In this document: in pieces, positions 47,370 through 55,599 of the stretch | How positions within the stretch are numbered: the first letter of the stretch is position 1 | How the letters are laid out: each line of letters begins with the position of its first letter | Source: Acidobacteriota bacterium | GTDB lineage: Bacteria; Acidobacteriota; UBA6911; RPQK01; JADFOI01 | Reading direction: 5' to 3' | DNA: 64,000 nucleotides | Assembly (NCBI GenBank): GCA_963663035.1 | Contig: OY760074.1 | Location: 512,001-576,000 of the forward strand | Program-made: the position numbers and the translations under genes | Notes under the pieces: generated by a model | Told to the model about the DNA's origin: nothing | Seen by the model: only the letters and a program-made list of their open reading frames with translations | Databases searched by the model: none

Positions 47370-48950
47370 TCATAGGGATATCAGCAGAGCGAATTGCACG
47401 GCCGGAATGCTCCGGATTGCTTGCAGCACCTCTTCCGGAATCTTGCCGTCAGCGTTGACCACTCCGACGGCGTGAGCGCTATCTCCGTCCCGACCCAGCA
47501 CAAAGGAAGCGATGTTAATCTTTGCCTCACCGAGAATCGTGCCTACCTGCCCGATGACTCCGGGAGTATCTTGGTTTCGGATAAAAAGGATCTGTTTCCC
47601 AAGCTCCGTTTCAACCGGGATTCCGTCGATGGAGACCAACCGGAAGTTGCCCTTATGTAAGATGGCTCCTTCGATCCAGTCGGTCTTCTGGGGAGAGCGC
47701 AGCTGGATGCTGATGAGGTTCGAATAGCTGCGCTGCCGAGTGCTCACAGTTTCTATGATTGCAATGCCGCGTTCCTGTGCATAACTTCTGGCATTCACCT
47801 GGTTGACTTCTTCCGACAGAATGGGCTTCAAGATGGCCTTCAAGATGTAATTACTGATAGGTTTGTAATTGAGCTGGGTGAAGTCGCCGTAGTACCGGAT
47901 GCCGATCTCTGAGAGCCGAAGATCTGAAACCTGGCTGATAAATGAACCCAATTTTTCGCCCAAGGAGAGATAGGGCTGAATCTGCTCCATGACCTGGGGT
48001 GTCACGGAGGGGAAGTTCACCGCGTTGACGATCACCTCATCCTGCAAGTACGCCGCCACCTGTTGGGCGATGTCGTAACCCACCTTGGCTTGAGCTTCTA
48101 CGGTGGAGCCAGCGATGTGAGGGGTCAGGACAGTTCGCTTCGAAGCGAGGAGTGGAGGATGGATTTTCGGCTCATTCTCGAAGACATCCAGGGCCGCTCC
48201 TCCCAGGTGTCCTTTGTCCAGTGCTTCTGCAAGGTCCACCTCAACCACTAGGTCACCGCGGGCAGCATTGATCAGAATGGCCCCTCGTTTCATCAACTGT
48301 AGGGTGTTCTTGCACATCAGGCCTTTCGTCTTCTCATTCAGTGGAGCATGCAGACTGACAAAGTCAGATTCGGACAAGACGTCTTCTAAAGACCGCAGGT
48401 GGACGCCCAGATCGCGTGTGTACTCTTCGCTGACAAAGGGATCATAGGCCAGGACTCTCATCTGAAAGGAGTGCGCCCGCTGGGCCATGATAGAGCCGAT
48501 CTTTCCCAGTCCGATGAGGCCCATTGTCTTGTTTTGGAGCTCTTGTCCAACAAACGCCTTCTTGTTCCACGTTCCCGCTCGCAGCGAAGGATCGGCGAAG
48601 GGAATCTTTCGTGCCAAGGCCAGCAAAAGGGCAAAAGTATGCTCCGCTACACTGACACTGTTGCCACCCGGAGTATTCATCACCACAACACCCTTGCGAG
48701 TGGCCGCCTCTATATCGATATTGTCCACCCCTGCACCTGCGCGCCCGATCACACGAAGTCGCTGGGATGCCTCGATGACGTCCTGAGTGACCCGAGTCTT
48801 ACTGCGAACAATCAGTCCTTCTGCGTCGTGTATTTCCGACAGCAACTCCTCCGAGGAGAGCTCCAATTTGCAGACGACTTCAAGGCCGGGTTGTTGTTTC
48901 AGATAATCCACTCCCTCTTGGGAGATAGGATCGGTGATCAAGACTTTCAT
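47370..48950 (-). CDS. serA: D-3-phosphoglycerate dehydrogenase (long, ASB+ACT type)
   Basis: GRAGAGVDNID, GLGKIG, NAARG, TPHIAGST, DTPGVIG ACT domain. Confidence 0.96.
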   Translation of the reverse strand: MKVLITDPISQEGVDYLKQQPGLEVVCKLELSSEELLSEIHDAEGLIVRSKTRVTQDVIEASQRLRVIGRAGAGVDNIDIEAATRKGVVVMNTPGGNSVSVAEHTFALLLALARKIPFADPSLRAGTWNKKAFVGQELQNKTMGLIGLGKIGSIMAQRAHSFQMRVLAYDPFVSEEYTRDLGVHLRSLEDVLSESDFVSLHAPLNEKTKGLMCKNTLQLMKRGAILINAARGDLVVEVDLAEALDKGHLGGAALDVFENEPKIHPPLLASKRTVLTPHIAGSTVEAQAKVGYDIAQQVAAYLQDEVIVNAVNFPSVTPQVMEQIQPYLSLGEKLGSFISQVSDLRLSEIGIRYYGDFTQLNYKPISNYILKAILKPILSEEVNQVNARSYAQERGIAIIETVSTRQRSYSNLISIQLRSPQKTDWIEGAILHKGNFRLVSIDGIPVETELGKQILFIRNQDTPGVIGQVGTILGEAKINIASFVLGRDGDSAHAVGVVNADGKIPEEVLQAIRSIPAVQFALLISL

Positions 48951-50146
48951 GGCGATTCCTGCAAGTGCGCCCTGGTCCTCTGGACTTCGCCCGAAGGCGG
49001 CTCTTTGCTGTTGGTGGCTTCAAGAGCGGCAGCTCGGACGCTGCCTCCCAGGTCGATCTCCAGTCCCATCTTGAACAGGCTGAGTTCGATGGCGGAGAGC
49101 ACTGAGAACACATCCAGGAGATCAAAATAACCCAGATGGGCAATTCGAACAATCCGATTCTTCAGTTCACCCTGTCCGCCTGCCACCTTGATCCCGAATT
49201 CATCTTCGAGCGTCTTCACCAGCTCAGGAGCGGAGACGCCATGGGGAGGAAAGGCTGCTGTCACAGCGTTGGCCGGAGAGGAGGAGAGAAGCCTGAAGCC
49301 CAGCTCCAGAAGTCCCTTTCGCGTGCAGCGAGCCATTAACTCGGCTTCAGCCAGGACTTGATCAAGACCCTGTCGAAGAATCTCTCGGGTGGTCTCGTTC
49401 AGGCCGACGATCAGTGAAATCGCAGGTGTAAAAACAGTCTGGCCCTTCCGCTGTTTCTGTACTTCTTCCAGCAAATTGAAGTAATAGGGGTGCCAGGAGT
49501 TGGCTTCCATTTTTTCAATCGCTCTGGAACTCAGGGTCAAAAAAGACAAACCAGGAGAGAGGGCAAAGCCTTTCTGAGATCCGCTGATGACTATATCCAG
49601 TCCCCACTGGTCTGTCTCGACCGGTTGGGTCAGCAGGGCCGTGATGGCATCGACCACGATGAAGACTTTTGGAAATCTCTCACCGACCAATTGGGCGATG
49701 CGTTCCAGATTGTGGGAGGTTGCCGTTGAGGTCTCGCATGCCTGGATCAGAATAGCCTGAATCTCTGGATGGTGTTCTAGAGTTTCACAGATTTCCTCCG
49801 CCGAGGCTGCCTCGCCATATTCCTTCTCCAGAGAAGTGCAGGGAATGCGATAGGTTTGGCAGATTTTTCCCCAACGCTCGCCAAACTTACCGGTCACAAC
49901 AGCCAGTGCCGGGTCATCCGGAGACAGTAGACTGGACACCGCTGCTTCCATGGCTCCTGTCCCTGAGGAAGCCAAAATGATCACGTCATTCTCGGTGCTG
50001 AAGATCTTCTGCAGATTTTGACGAGTCTCCAGCAGCAGCTCTGAGAATTGCTCTGTACGATGATGAACGATGGGACGCGACATGGCTAGCTGAGCCTCCG
50101 GCATCAGGGGGGTCGGTCCTGGAGTGAACAGCCTCTTCTTGTACAT
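48947..50146 (-). CDS. Class V PLP aminotransferase (serine/alanine-glyoxylate type, probable phosphoserine aminotransferase)
   Basis: LFTPGPT, SSGTGAME, VDAIT, SGSQK, GGQ..RIAHLG; coupled to serA. Confidence 0.9.
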   Translation of the reverse strand: MYKKRLFTPGPTPLMPEAQLAMSRPIVHHRTEQFSELLLETRQNLQKIFSTENDVIILASSGTGAMEAAVSSLLSPDDPALAVVTGKFGERWGKICQTYRIPCTSLEKEYGEAASAEEICETLEHHPEIQAILIQACETSTATSHNLERIAQLVGERFPKVFIVVDAITALLTQPVETDQWGLDIVISGSQKGFALSPGLSFLTLSSRAIEKMEANSWHPYYFNLLEEVQKQRKGQTVFTPAISLIVGLNETTREILRQGLDQVLAEAELMARCTRKGLLELGFRLLSSSPANAVTAAFPPHGVSAPELVKTLEDEFGIKVAGGQGELKNRIVRIAHLGYFDLLDVFSVLSAIELSLFKMGLEIDLGGSVRAAALEATNSKEPPSGEVQRTRAHLQESP

Positions 50147-50190
50147 GGGCAAATGATACTACAAGTGACAGGATGGCGTTCGTGCTCTCG

Positions 50191-50306
50191 GTGGGAGGCA
50201 CCTCCGGTGCGAGTGGGAGGCACCTCAGGGTGTCGGTGGGAGGCACCTCCGGTGCGAGTGGAAGGCACCTCAGGGTGTCGGTGGGAGGCACCTCCGGTGC
50301 CGAATC
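50191..50306 (+). repeat. GTGG-type REP array: 45-bp unit (22+23) x2 plus one complete REP
   Basis: (GTGGGAGGCACCTCCGGTGCGA GTGG(G/A)AGGCACCTCAGGGTGTCG)x2 then GTGGGA-GGCACC-TCC-GGTGCC-GAATC. Same family as 36532. Confidence 0.85.
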
Positions 50307-50322
50307 TTAAAAACGGGCAGCC

Positions 50323-50352
50323 TTGACCTCATCCGCCGTTCTTGCCTATCAT
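50323..50352 (+). promoter_or_regulatory. Candidate sigma70 promoter
   Basis: TTGACC-18 nt-TATCAT, 9 nt before the ATG at 50362. Confidence 0.5.
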
Positions 50353-50361
50353 CGACGCTTC

Positions 50362-50724
50362 ATGTTCTACCCTGGCTGGATCTGTTTAGCCGCGTGGTTT
50401 GTGCCCGGTGCCGGCCATCTGTTGCTCAAGAAGTGGAGAAGAGGACTGGTCTTCTTTTTGGCCTTGATGGTGTTGTTCTTCTGTGGCCTGGTCATGGATG
50501 GAAGGTTGTTTGGTCTGTCCCCAGGCTTTTTTGGGATTCTCAAGTTTGTTGCCGATGCGAGTGCCGGGTCTCTCTATCTGGTAGCGACAGTCATGGGATG
50601 GGGAGAGGGCGATGTGACCAGCTACGGATACGAGTACGGGAACACCTTTCTCTATACAACCGGTTTGCTCAACATGCTCCTGGTCGTTGATGCGTTTGAT
50701 ATCGCTCGGGGTAAGAAACCGTGA
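50362..50724 (+). CDS. Membrane protein (DUF6677-like)
   Basis: AWFVPGAGHL..RRG and EYGNTFL..GLLNML..DAFD motifs. Confidence 0.75.
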   Translation: MFYPGWICLAAWFVPGAGHLLLKKWRRGLVFFLALMVLFFCGLVMDGRLFGLSPGFFGILKFVADASAGSLYLVATVMGWGEGDVTSYGYEYGNTFLYTTGLLNMLLVVDAFDIARGKKP

Positions 50725-50888
50725 ATCATTACATCGCCATCTCAATACTCTCCCTTGGCATTGCCACAGTGTTTACCTTGATTACCAAAGAGACCAAGCA
50801 AGATCGCATTCGTTACTTTCTGAAGTTGATGGGTTATATGGTCTTGGGTTCTTTTGTCGCTTCCTGGCTCATGTACAGCATCGCTTAG
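50721..50888 (+). CDS. Small two-TM membrane protein (55 aa; below the ORF-track cutoff)
   Basis: GTGA overlap with the previous stop; MNHYIAISILSLGIATVFTLITKETKQDRIRYFLKLMGYMVLGSFVASWLMYSIA; fills the gap to vanZ. Confidence 0.7.
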   Translation: MNHYIAISILSLGIATVFTLITKETKQDRIRYFLKLMGYMVLGSFVASWLMYSIA

Positions 50889-50891
50889 TGA

Positions 50892-51257
50892 ATGACCAAA
50901 GACTTTCACTATTGGATGCCGGCCCTTGTTTACGCCGCCCTGATTTTTTCTCTCTCCCACCAAAGTAACCTACCTGGCTCAGACCTGCTATCGGATCGTA
51001 TCAGTCATTTTGGGGAATATGCCCTCTTCGGACTGACCCTGGTGTGGGGAGCGACCTCAGGATTTCACCTGCCTCTCACCTCCAAGAGTGTCATCTTCGT
51101 TGGTGTGATCGCCGCCTTGTACGCGCTCAGCGATGAATTTCATCAATCCTTCGTCCCCAATCGGGAAGCATCCTCACGGGACCTGGCAGCGGATGTGCTT
51201 GGCGCCGTGGTCTGTCTGAGTGTTGTTTGGGTGGCGAAGAAGGGAAAGTGGCGCTAA
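50892..51257 (+). CDS. VanZ-family membrane protein
   Basis: DRISHFGEY, DEFHQSFVPNREAS..DLAAD. Confidence 0.9.
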   Translation: MTKDFHYWMPALVYAALIFSLSHQSNLPGSDLLSDRISHFGEYALFGLTLVWGATSGFHLPLTSKSVIFVGVIAALYALSDEFHQSFVPNREASSRDLAADVLGAVVCLSVVWVAKKGKWR

Positions 51258-51309
51258 ATCCTTTTTCTACCCTCATAGCATTTCCTCTTTCAACGTTATA
51301 GCTAGTGAA

Positions 51310-51993
51310 ATGGATGCAATTCCTGCCTATTTGCCCAGTAGGAGACTGTTCGAGGTGGATTGGGAGTCGCTTTCTGATCTGGAGCTGGTGGCGCTGCTTA
51401 TCGGTCCCGGCACTCCCGAAAGACGGGCCCTGCGGGATGCTCAAAGGCTGCTGGAGGGAATCGGTTCCAGGAACTTCCGAGAGGTTTGTTATGAGGACCT
51501 TCGCCACACCGGGTTGGGTCGGAAGAAAGCCCTGGCGGTGTTGGCAGCAGTTCAGCTTTCGCGTCGGATCCACAGAACTCCCCTCCTTCCCGGACAGCCA
51601 TTTCGCTCCAGCCTGGAAGTCTTCCGCCATTTTCAACCCCTTGTGGATGGATTGAAGAAGGAATGTTTCTGGAGTGTGCTCCTGGATAGCAAGAATCGTA
51701 TTGTGAGAGTCGTTCGGGTGTCGGAAGGATCCCTCACCTCCTCTCTGGTCCATCCTCGAGAAGTCTTCCGGCCGGCGATTCAGCAAGCGGCCGCCGCGGT
51801 GCTGTTTGTTCACAACCATCCCAGTGGCGACCCTGCCCCCAGTCAGGAGGACATTCAAATCACCAGACGATTGATGCAAACGGGAAAGATCGTGGGAATC
51901 AGAGCCTTGGACCATGTGATCATTGGCGCCCACAAATTCTTCAGCTTTGCCGACCAGGGTTTACTGTCAGACTGGAAGATCTCATCCGAGTGA
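51310..51993 (+). CDS. radC: RadC (JAB/MPN domain) protein
   Basis: LSDLELVALLI, VHPREVF, HNHPSGDPAPSQED, LDHVII. Confidence 0.93.
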   Translation: MDAIPAYLPSRRLFEVDWESLSDLELVALLIGPGTPERRALRDAQRLLEGIGSRNFREVCYEDLRHTGLGRKKALAVLAAVQLSRRIHRTPLLPGQPFRSSLEVFRHFQPLVDGLKKECFWSVLLDSKNRIVRVVRVSEGSLTSSLVHPREVFRPAIQQAAAAVLFVHNHPSGDPAPSQEDIQITRRLMQTGKIVGIRALDHVIIGAHKFFSFADQGLLSDWKISSE

Positions 51994-52007
51994 GTGGGTC
52001 TTGGAAT

Positions 52008-52135
52008 GAAAAAAGGGCAGGTCCTCCAACTCAGAAAACCTGCCCTCAGGGTGCAAGCAGGGTGTCACCCAATCCCTGCTGTATTTGCCATTTTACTCAT
52101 AACGCTTTTTCCTGCGGTGATGTCCGTCACTGACC
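52008..52135 (-). ncRNA. Candidate structured small RNA (unverified)
   Basis: Minus-strand TATAAT at 52142-52147, hairpin AGCAGGG/CCCTGCT, then AGGGCAGGT/ACCTGCCCT plus T6 (intrinsic terminator). Confidence 0.35.
52009..52046 (-). terminator. Intrinsic terminator, minus strand (may also stop radC read-through)
   Basis: 9-bp GC-rich stem followed by six T on the minus strand. Confidence 0.6.
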
Positions 52136-52152
52136 AGCGGAATTATAAAGCC

Positions 52153-52212
52153 GGACCATGCTATTATTGGCGTCCACAAATCTTTAGCTTTGCCGATCAG
52201 GGTTCCTCATGA
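52153..52212 (+). pseudogene. Diverged duplicate of the radC 3' end (att-like scar)
   Basis: 46/53 identity to 51909-51961 with one deletion; ends FSFADQGSS* with ATGA overlap on pfkB. Confidence 0.75.
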
Positions 52213-53153
52213 GTGATCTGGAAAACGTCTCCTTTGGCATCGAGTGGCCTGAAGATCGTTCCTTTCAGTTAGTGGGGCTGGGTCTGAACGCGGTGGATTG
52301 GATTTGTGTGCTACCTCATTTTCCTCGTCACAACACCAAGGTACAGATCGATCAAATCTACAAGCGGGGGGGCGGGCAGGTCGCCACTGCTTCAGCCCTT
52401 TGTGCCCGCTATGGGTTAGAGGTCCGTTACGTCGGTCGGGTTGGAGATGATGAAATCGGCCAGTTTTCACTGGAGGATCTGCAAAAGGAAGCCATGGACC
52501 TTTCCTGTGTTCAGACCGTTGCGGGCACCTTCAGCCAGTTTGCCGTTATCCTGACAGATCGTCCCACCGGCGAGCGCACCATTCTTTGGGATCGGGACCC
52601 GGCGCTGCACTATAATAAAGGGGAACTCAAGCGCGAATGGATAGTGCAAGGCCAGCTTTTGCATCTGGATGGACACGATCAGCCCGCCTCTATTGAGGCC
52701 GCACGCTGGGCAAAAGAGGCCGGCATGAAAGTCTCGCTGGATATTGACAAGGTGCAGCCTGGAGTCGAAGAGTTGTTGGCACTCACAGATTTCCTGATTC
52801 CCGGTACCAGTTTCCTCCATGACTTTTCTGCCAGCAAGGACTGGAGCCAAGGTCTGCGAGTTCTTTCCGAAGCCACCTCAGGATTCGTGGCGGTCACTCT
52901 TGGAAAGGAAGGAGTGGCAGCGCTTTGGGAGGGTGAGATGACCGAAATTCCGGGAATCGCGGTCAACAGCGTGGATACCACCGGGGCCGGGGATGTCTTC
53001 CATGGAGCTTTTCTGTACGGACTCTTTCAGGGTTGGAGCGTCGGTTACTGTTTGCGCTTCGCCAACGCTGCCGGGGCGCTGTCCTGTACTCAATATGGTG
53101 CCCGAGGAGGAATTCCTCCCTTGCAGAAAATAGTTTCCATTTTGGACGGATAA
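52209..53153 (+). CDS. PfkB/ribokinase-family sugar kinase
   Basis: GGGQVATA, VGRVGDDEIG, VTLGKEG, VDTTGAGDVFHG, ANAAGAL. Confidence 0.93.
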   Translation: MSDLENVSFGIEWPEDRSFQLVGLGLNAVDWICVLPHFPRHNTKVQIDQIYKRGGGQVATASALCARYGLEVRYVGRVGDDEIGQFSLEDLQKEAMDLSCVQTVAGTFSQFAVILTDRPTGERTILWDRDPALHYNKGELKREWIVQGQLLHLDGHDQPASIEAARWAKEAGMKVSLDIDKVQPGVEELLALTDFLIPGTSFLHDFSASKDWSQGLRVLSEATSGFVAVTLGKEGVAALWEGEMTEIPGIAVNSVDTTGAGDVFHGAFLYGLFQGWSVGYCLRFANAAGALSCTQYGARGGIPPLQKIVSILDG

Positions 53154-53190
53154 AAAGAGCCTTTTTCTGAAAATTTGCATCAGAGGAAGT

Positions 53191-53937
53191 ATGAGAAAAC
53201 TACTATTCATTTTGCTACTGGTTAGTCCCGGATTGAACCTGAGAGCCGAGACCGATCTTGAGCCGGAGGAGATCATCAAGCGCTTTGCTGCCAAAGAGGC
53301 GGAATTCAGAGAGGTCTTCCAGAAATACACTTATACTCAGCGAATTCTATTTCAGGTCCTCAGCTCCTCTGGAGCGGTGAGGGAAGAGCAGCAGCTGTGG
53401 GTAGAGGTCTTCTTTACCAATGATGGCCAGAGAGAGACGCGAACCATAAGAGAGCGGGGCGAACTCAGATCCGTCAGGGTTAGCCCGGAAGATATAGATG
53501 ATGCCATCTATCGGCAGCCCTTTGTTCTCACCACGGATGAGCTTCCCAATTACAAGATCAAATATAAGGGCGAGGAACTCGTGGATGCGTTGGATACCTA
53601 TGTCTTCGATGTCGAGCCCCGCAAGATCGAAGAAGGGGAGCGCTATTTTGAGGGGCGCATCTGGGTGGATAATCTGGATTTTCAGATTGTGATGACAAAC
53701 GGCAAGGTCGTTCCTGATTATGAGGATAACAAGTTTCCCAAGTTCGAAACCATTCGTGAGCAGGTGGATGGTGATTACTGGTTTCCTACCTGGACTGAAG
53801 CGGACGATGTCCTGCAATTCGGGCGCTTTCCGAGAACTCGGGAAGTCCGAGTCCGAGAGCTCATAACCTACGAGGACTTCAGGAAGTTCGAGGTAGACAC
53901 TTCGATCCAATATGAACCGATCGAGGAACCCGAATAA
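53191..53937 (+). CDS. Secreted protein, probable LolA/MucB-like lipoprotein-sorting fold
   Basis: Signal peptide; YVFDVEP, FEGRIWVD..FQIV, YWFPT motifs. Confidence 0.6.
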   Translation: MRKLLFILLLVSPGLNLRAETDLEPEEIIKRFAAKEAEFREVFQKYTYTQRILFQVLSSSGAVREEQQLWVEVFFTNDGQRETRTIRERGELRSVRVSPEDIDDAIYRQPFVLTTDELPNYKIKYKGEELVDALDTYVFDVEPRKIEEGERYFEGRIWVDNLDFQIVMTNGKVVPDYEDNKFPKFETIREQVDGDYWFPTWTEADDVLQFGRFPRTREVRVRELITYEDFRKFEVDTSIQYEPIEEPE

Positions 53938-53940
53938 GAG

Positions 53941-54717
53941 TCAATGGCTCAGAGCGTAGATAATGTAATTGACTCCGAATTTGTAGGCCTCATTGGAGAG
54001 ATTGATGGGCATCCAGTCCTGGTCCGACCACTCCCAGAAATCACCGATGTCATTGTTGAAATTGACGATGACCTGAAGACGCCCGGTCTCATCGGCTAGG
54101 CCGTAAAAGGTGGGTGTCGCCCATACTTGGTAGGGCGGTACCATGTCCAGGGTTTCGATTTGGTAAAAGCACTGAAAAATCGGGTGCTCTACCTCCAGCT
54201 TGACCAGATTGCGCTCCGGAATAACCTGCTTCATGCTGCGTTCGAAGTTAGCCCAATCCCGCGGACCGTCGAAATCGTCAAATATGGCAAAACCTCCTCT
54301 TGACAGGTATTCGCGGAAGTTCTGCGCCTCTTCAGGAGTGATGTTCCAGGTGCCTGGTTCGCTGAAATAAAGGAGCGGATAATCCATGATCTCAGGATCA
54401 TCCAGTTGAACAACGGCATAGGAGTCTGAAGTCGTCTCGATTGAAGTCACCTCAGCAATGATTTTCAGCAGGTTGCGCTCGGCCCGTGGATAATCGTGTC
54501 TCCAACCGGGGTTCCTGCCCCAGGCATCGTATGAGCTAAACTGGACGCGGGCAAACTTGAAGTAAAGGGAGTCCATCGGGTCGTAGGCTGGATCATCGTC
54601 CATGAGGGGAGCCAGTACTGTGGTGATGGAGGCAGTCAGAAGAACCAGGCCAATGATGACGGGAAGGACTGTTGTTTTTCGCATGATTCGAGTGAAAAAA
54701 ACTCGCATTTTCCCCAT
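53941..54717 (-). CDS. DUF4159-like exported protein
   Basis: FARVQF, WRHDYPRAERN, YLSRGGF..FDDF, HPIF, NNDIGDFWE, GVNYIIYALSH. Start uncertain. Confidence 0.8.
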   Translation of the reverse strand: MGKMRVFFTRIMRKTTVLPVIIGLVLLTASITTVLAPLMDDDPAYDPMDSLYFKFARVQFSSYDAWGRNPGWRHDYPRAERNLLKIIAEVTSIETTSDSYAVVQLDDPEIMDYPLLYFSEPGTWNITPEEAQNFREYLSRGGFAIFDDFDGPRDWANFERSMKQVIPERNLVKLEVEHPIFQCFYQIETLDMVPPYQVWATPTFYGLADETGRLQVIVNFNNDIGDFWEWSDQDWMPINLSNEAYKFGVNYIIYALSH

Positions 54718-54815
54718 TGTACAGCACCCTATCTGACAACTCCACCAGGGGATCTAGCTATTACCTTCAAGGGCTAGGCGCGGAAAGTTCCTATCAATAT
54801 GTTACCCTGCTCACC

Positions 54816-55598
54816 ATGATTGAAGAAGCTGACCGCACACTGGCTGTTTTCCTGGACTTTGAAAATCTTGCTCTGGGATTTGAAAAGTCAGCCCTCAAAA
54901 AGCAGTTTGACATCCAAAAGATCTTGGAGCGACTGGTGGAGAAGGGAAAGGTTCTGGTGAAGAAGGCCTACGCGGACTGGGGCCGTTTTTCAGCCTATAA
55001 ACAGCAACTTCACGAAGCGGCTTTCGAGTTGGTTGATATACCGAAACGAAGTCAAATTGGGAAAAATTCTGCTGACATCCGACTTTGCGTCGATGCCATG
55101 GACCTGTGCTACAGCAAGGAACATATCCAGACTTTCGTGATCGTCTCTGGTGACAGTGACTTTTCTCCTCTGGTTTCCAAACTCAGGGAGAACGGAAAAT
55201 CCGTCCTCGGTTTGTCTACTCAGGGCTCGGCTTCAGCCTTGCTGGTTGAGAATTGCGATGAGTTCATTTTCTACGAAGAACTCGAACAAATGGCAACGAG
55301 TCCGCCGAGGCTCACCCAAAAGATTCCCAAGGAGAAGCGTCCTGCCTTTCAGTTGTTGATCGAATCCGTTATTGCGCTGAGGCGAGAGAACAAGGACATT
55401 CTCTATTCCTCGATGTTGAAGCAGACGATGAAGCGTAAACAGCCGGCATTCAATGAGGGTCGTTATGGCTATCGGGCTTTCAGTGAGCTGCTGGAGGACG
55501 CTAAGAAGTACGGTCTAGTGCTTCTGCGTGAGGATTCCCGCAGCGGCACCTATGTTGTCAGTGGATTCGGAAAAACTGAGATCGATTCCAAATCCTAA
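54816..55598 (+). CDS. NYN domain protein with OST-HTH/LOTUS domain (LabA/DUF88-like)
   Basis: FLDFEN, KAYADW, KNSADI..VDAMD, SGDSDFSPL, FNE..YGY..FSELL. Confidence 0.9.
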   Translation: MIEEADRTLAVFLDFENLALGFEKSALKKQFDIQKILERLVEKGKVLVKKAYADWGRFSAYKQQLHEAAFELVDIPKRSQIGKNSADIRLCVDAMDLCYSKEHIQTFVIVSGDSDFSPLVSKLRENGKSVLGLSTQGSASALLVENCDEFIFYEELEQMATSPPRLTQKIPKEKRPAFQLLIESVIALRRENKDILYSSMLKQTMKRKQPAFNEGRYGYRAFSELLEDAKKYGLVLLREDSRSGTYVVSGFGKTEIDSKS

Positions 55599-55599
55599 C

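Noticed and set aside
50191-50306. GTGGGAGGCACCTC repeats as a mini-CRISPR
   Set aside because: The intervening sequences are 8-9 nt and themselves repeated; the structure fits REP hairpins.
51994-52212. 72-aa ORF between radC and pfkB
   Set aside because: It crosses the hairpins and ends in the duplicated radC tail, so it is better explained as a scar.
51310-55598. radC plus NYN nuclease as a defence island
   Set aside because: Both look like ordinary chromosomal types, are separated by unrelated genes, and no other defence genes are nearby.
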